Shown here piece after piece: positions 44,326 through 45,128 of a DNA stretch of 45,128 nt; within the stretch, counting starts at the first letter, position 1, and every line of letters begins with the position of its first letter. The notes under the pieces are model-generated. The model ran no database searches. It saw nothing but the letters and a program-made list of their open reading frames with translations, and was not told the DNA's origin. Both the position numbers and the translations under genes were made by a program. Source of the stretch: a virus (taxonomy: Duplodnaviria; Caudoviricetes); the IMG/VR virus record IMGVR_UViG_3300009678_000021, positions 1-45,128 of that record; one strand, written 5' to 3'.

Positions 44326-44742
44326 ATGCCTGTTGTTTATAGCGATCCGCTCAAGACTGCCCGCCTGCAAGACATGAGCGACTTGACGAATAGCAAGACA
44401 ATCGTCGCGGCATCCGGCGCTGGCTCGACCGGCAAGCTGGTGATCGGGACGTCGGCCTTGAGCGGTGCAACGGGGGTGCTGGCCACGATTGTTATTCCAA
44501 ACCCTGCTTTTGTGGTTTCCGGCACCGGGACCGTGATCGCTACCCTTCAAGGCGTCCCGTTATCGGTCGCGGCGAGCGGTTCGGGGACGGCGGCAAAGGC
44601 CGAGATTCGCAACAATGCGGACGCGGTTGTCACGAGCGGTCTTACGGTTGGCCTGTCAGCATCGGATATCATCCTCAACTCGCTATCGATTACCGCGCCG
44701 CAGACCGTGACCGTTACCTCGGGCGTTATTACTCACGGGTAA
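44326..44742 (+). CDS. Small beta-rich virion protein (candidate fibre subunit)
   Basis: AAAGGAGAG RBS; 138 aa; ASGSGTAAKAEI...GLTVG...DIILNS.SITA.QTVTVTSGVITHG. Confidence 0.75.
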   Translation: MPVVYSDPLKTARLQDMSDLTNSKTIVAASGAGSTGKLVIGTSALSGATGVLATIVIPNPAFVVSGTGTVIATLQGVPLSVAASGSGTAAKAEIRNNADAVVTSGLTVGLSASDIILNSLSITAPQTVTVTSGVITHG

Positions 44743-44745
44743 ATC

Positions 44746-45128
44746 ATGGCTCGCGTTTGGTCATGCGGCTTTGAAACGGGGACGCTCGGCCATGAACTGG
44801 CCGGCAGTATAAGCGGCACGCCTGTCATCCAGAGTACGCGCGTCCGCAGCGGCAACTATGCGTTCCAGTGCTCTCAACCGTCGCTTATGTACCGCGAGAG
44901 CAAGCTCGGCCTCAATCTAACGACTTGTTATTTCCGGCTCTACATCTATACGGCGGCGTTTCCGACTGGTTCCTACATTGGCATCGGCGGGCTCAGTAAT
45001 TCGTCGGATGCCGATATTTTCAATATCAGGTTGACTGGCGCGACGATCGCGCCAGCCGGGCGAATCCAGCTTTACAATTCGTCAAGCGGGTCGGATGTGC
45101 TGTTGGGCACCGGCACGGCCGTTTTGAA
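44746..45128 (+). CDS. 5' part of the origin-spanning appendage gene (continues to 1765)
   Basis: ATG 44746 MARVWSCGFETG...VRSGNYAF...YFRLYIY; open to window end. Confidence 0.85.
   Translation, partial: MARVWSCGFETGTLGHELAGSISGTPVIQSTRVRSGNYAFQCSQPSLMYRESKLGLNLTTCYFRLYIYTAAFPTGSYIGIGGLSNSSDADIFNIRLTGATIAPAGRIQLYNSSSGSDVLLGTGTAVL
45006..45128. repeat. Terminal direct repeat copy 2
   Basis: Identical to 1-123. Confidence 0.97.

Noticed and set aside
45006-45128. 123 bp end repeat as a physical terminal repeat
   Set aside because: It falls mid-gene with the frame continuing across the join; better explained as assembly overlap of a circular or permuted genome.
1-45128. tRNA, rRNA, integrase/att, transposase, intron or intein
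   Set aside because: None recognised by eye; tRNAscan, Rfam and HMM searches would be needed to exclude divergent examples.

Overview
This looks like a complete circular (or circularly permuted) genome of about 45,005 bp from a tailed dsDNA phage with podovirus-type virion genes. Bases 45006-45128 repeat bases 1-123 exactly, in the middle of a gene. The host is probably an alphaproteobacterium (inferred from GcrA-like and DUF6456-like regulators). Early genes are lambdoid in layout: leftward ERF, lambda-type exonuclease, NinB and HNH; rightward Cro-like, GcrA-like, replication initiator, DNA methyltransferase and late regulator. No CI, integrase or partition gene is recognisable. The late operon has TerS, TerL, portal, scaffold, capsid, tail tubular proteins, ejection proteins, a tail fibre and a lysis system split over two loci. 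The most unusual part is two clusters of putative virion appendage genes (32954-36369, and 41781 through the origin to 2607). There, cadherin-like and SPRY domains are cut at fixed points and spread over different genes, with more donor pieces than acceptor pieces, and three proteins share a 21-24 aa repeat. This suggests a branched appendage assembled by inter-protein strand complementation (inference, untested). Also seen: minigenes inserted at gene junctions with the junction duplicated, an exact 37 bp duplicate of part of a GH71 gene, an Acb2/Tad1-like anti-defence candidate, and a three-operator divergent switch without cI. All protein calls come from motif recognition by eye; no database search was run.
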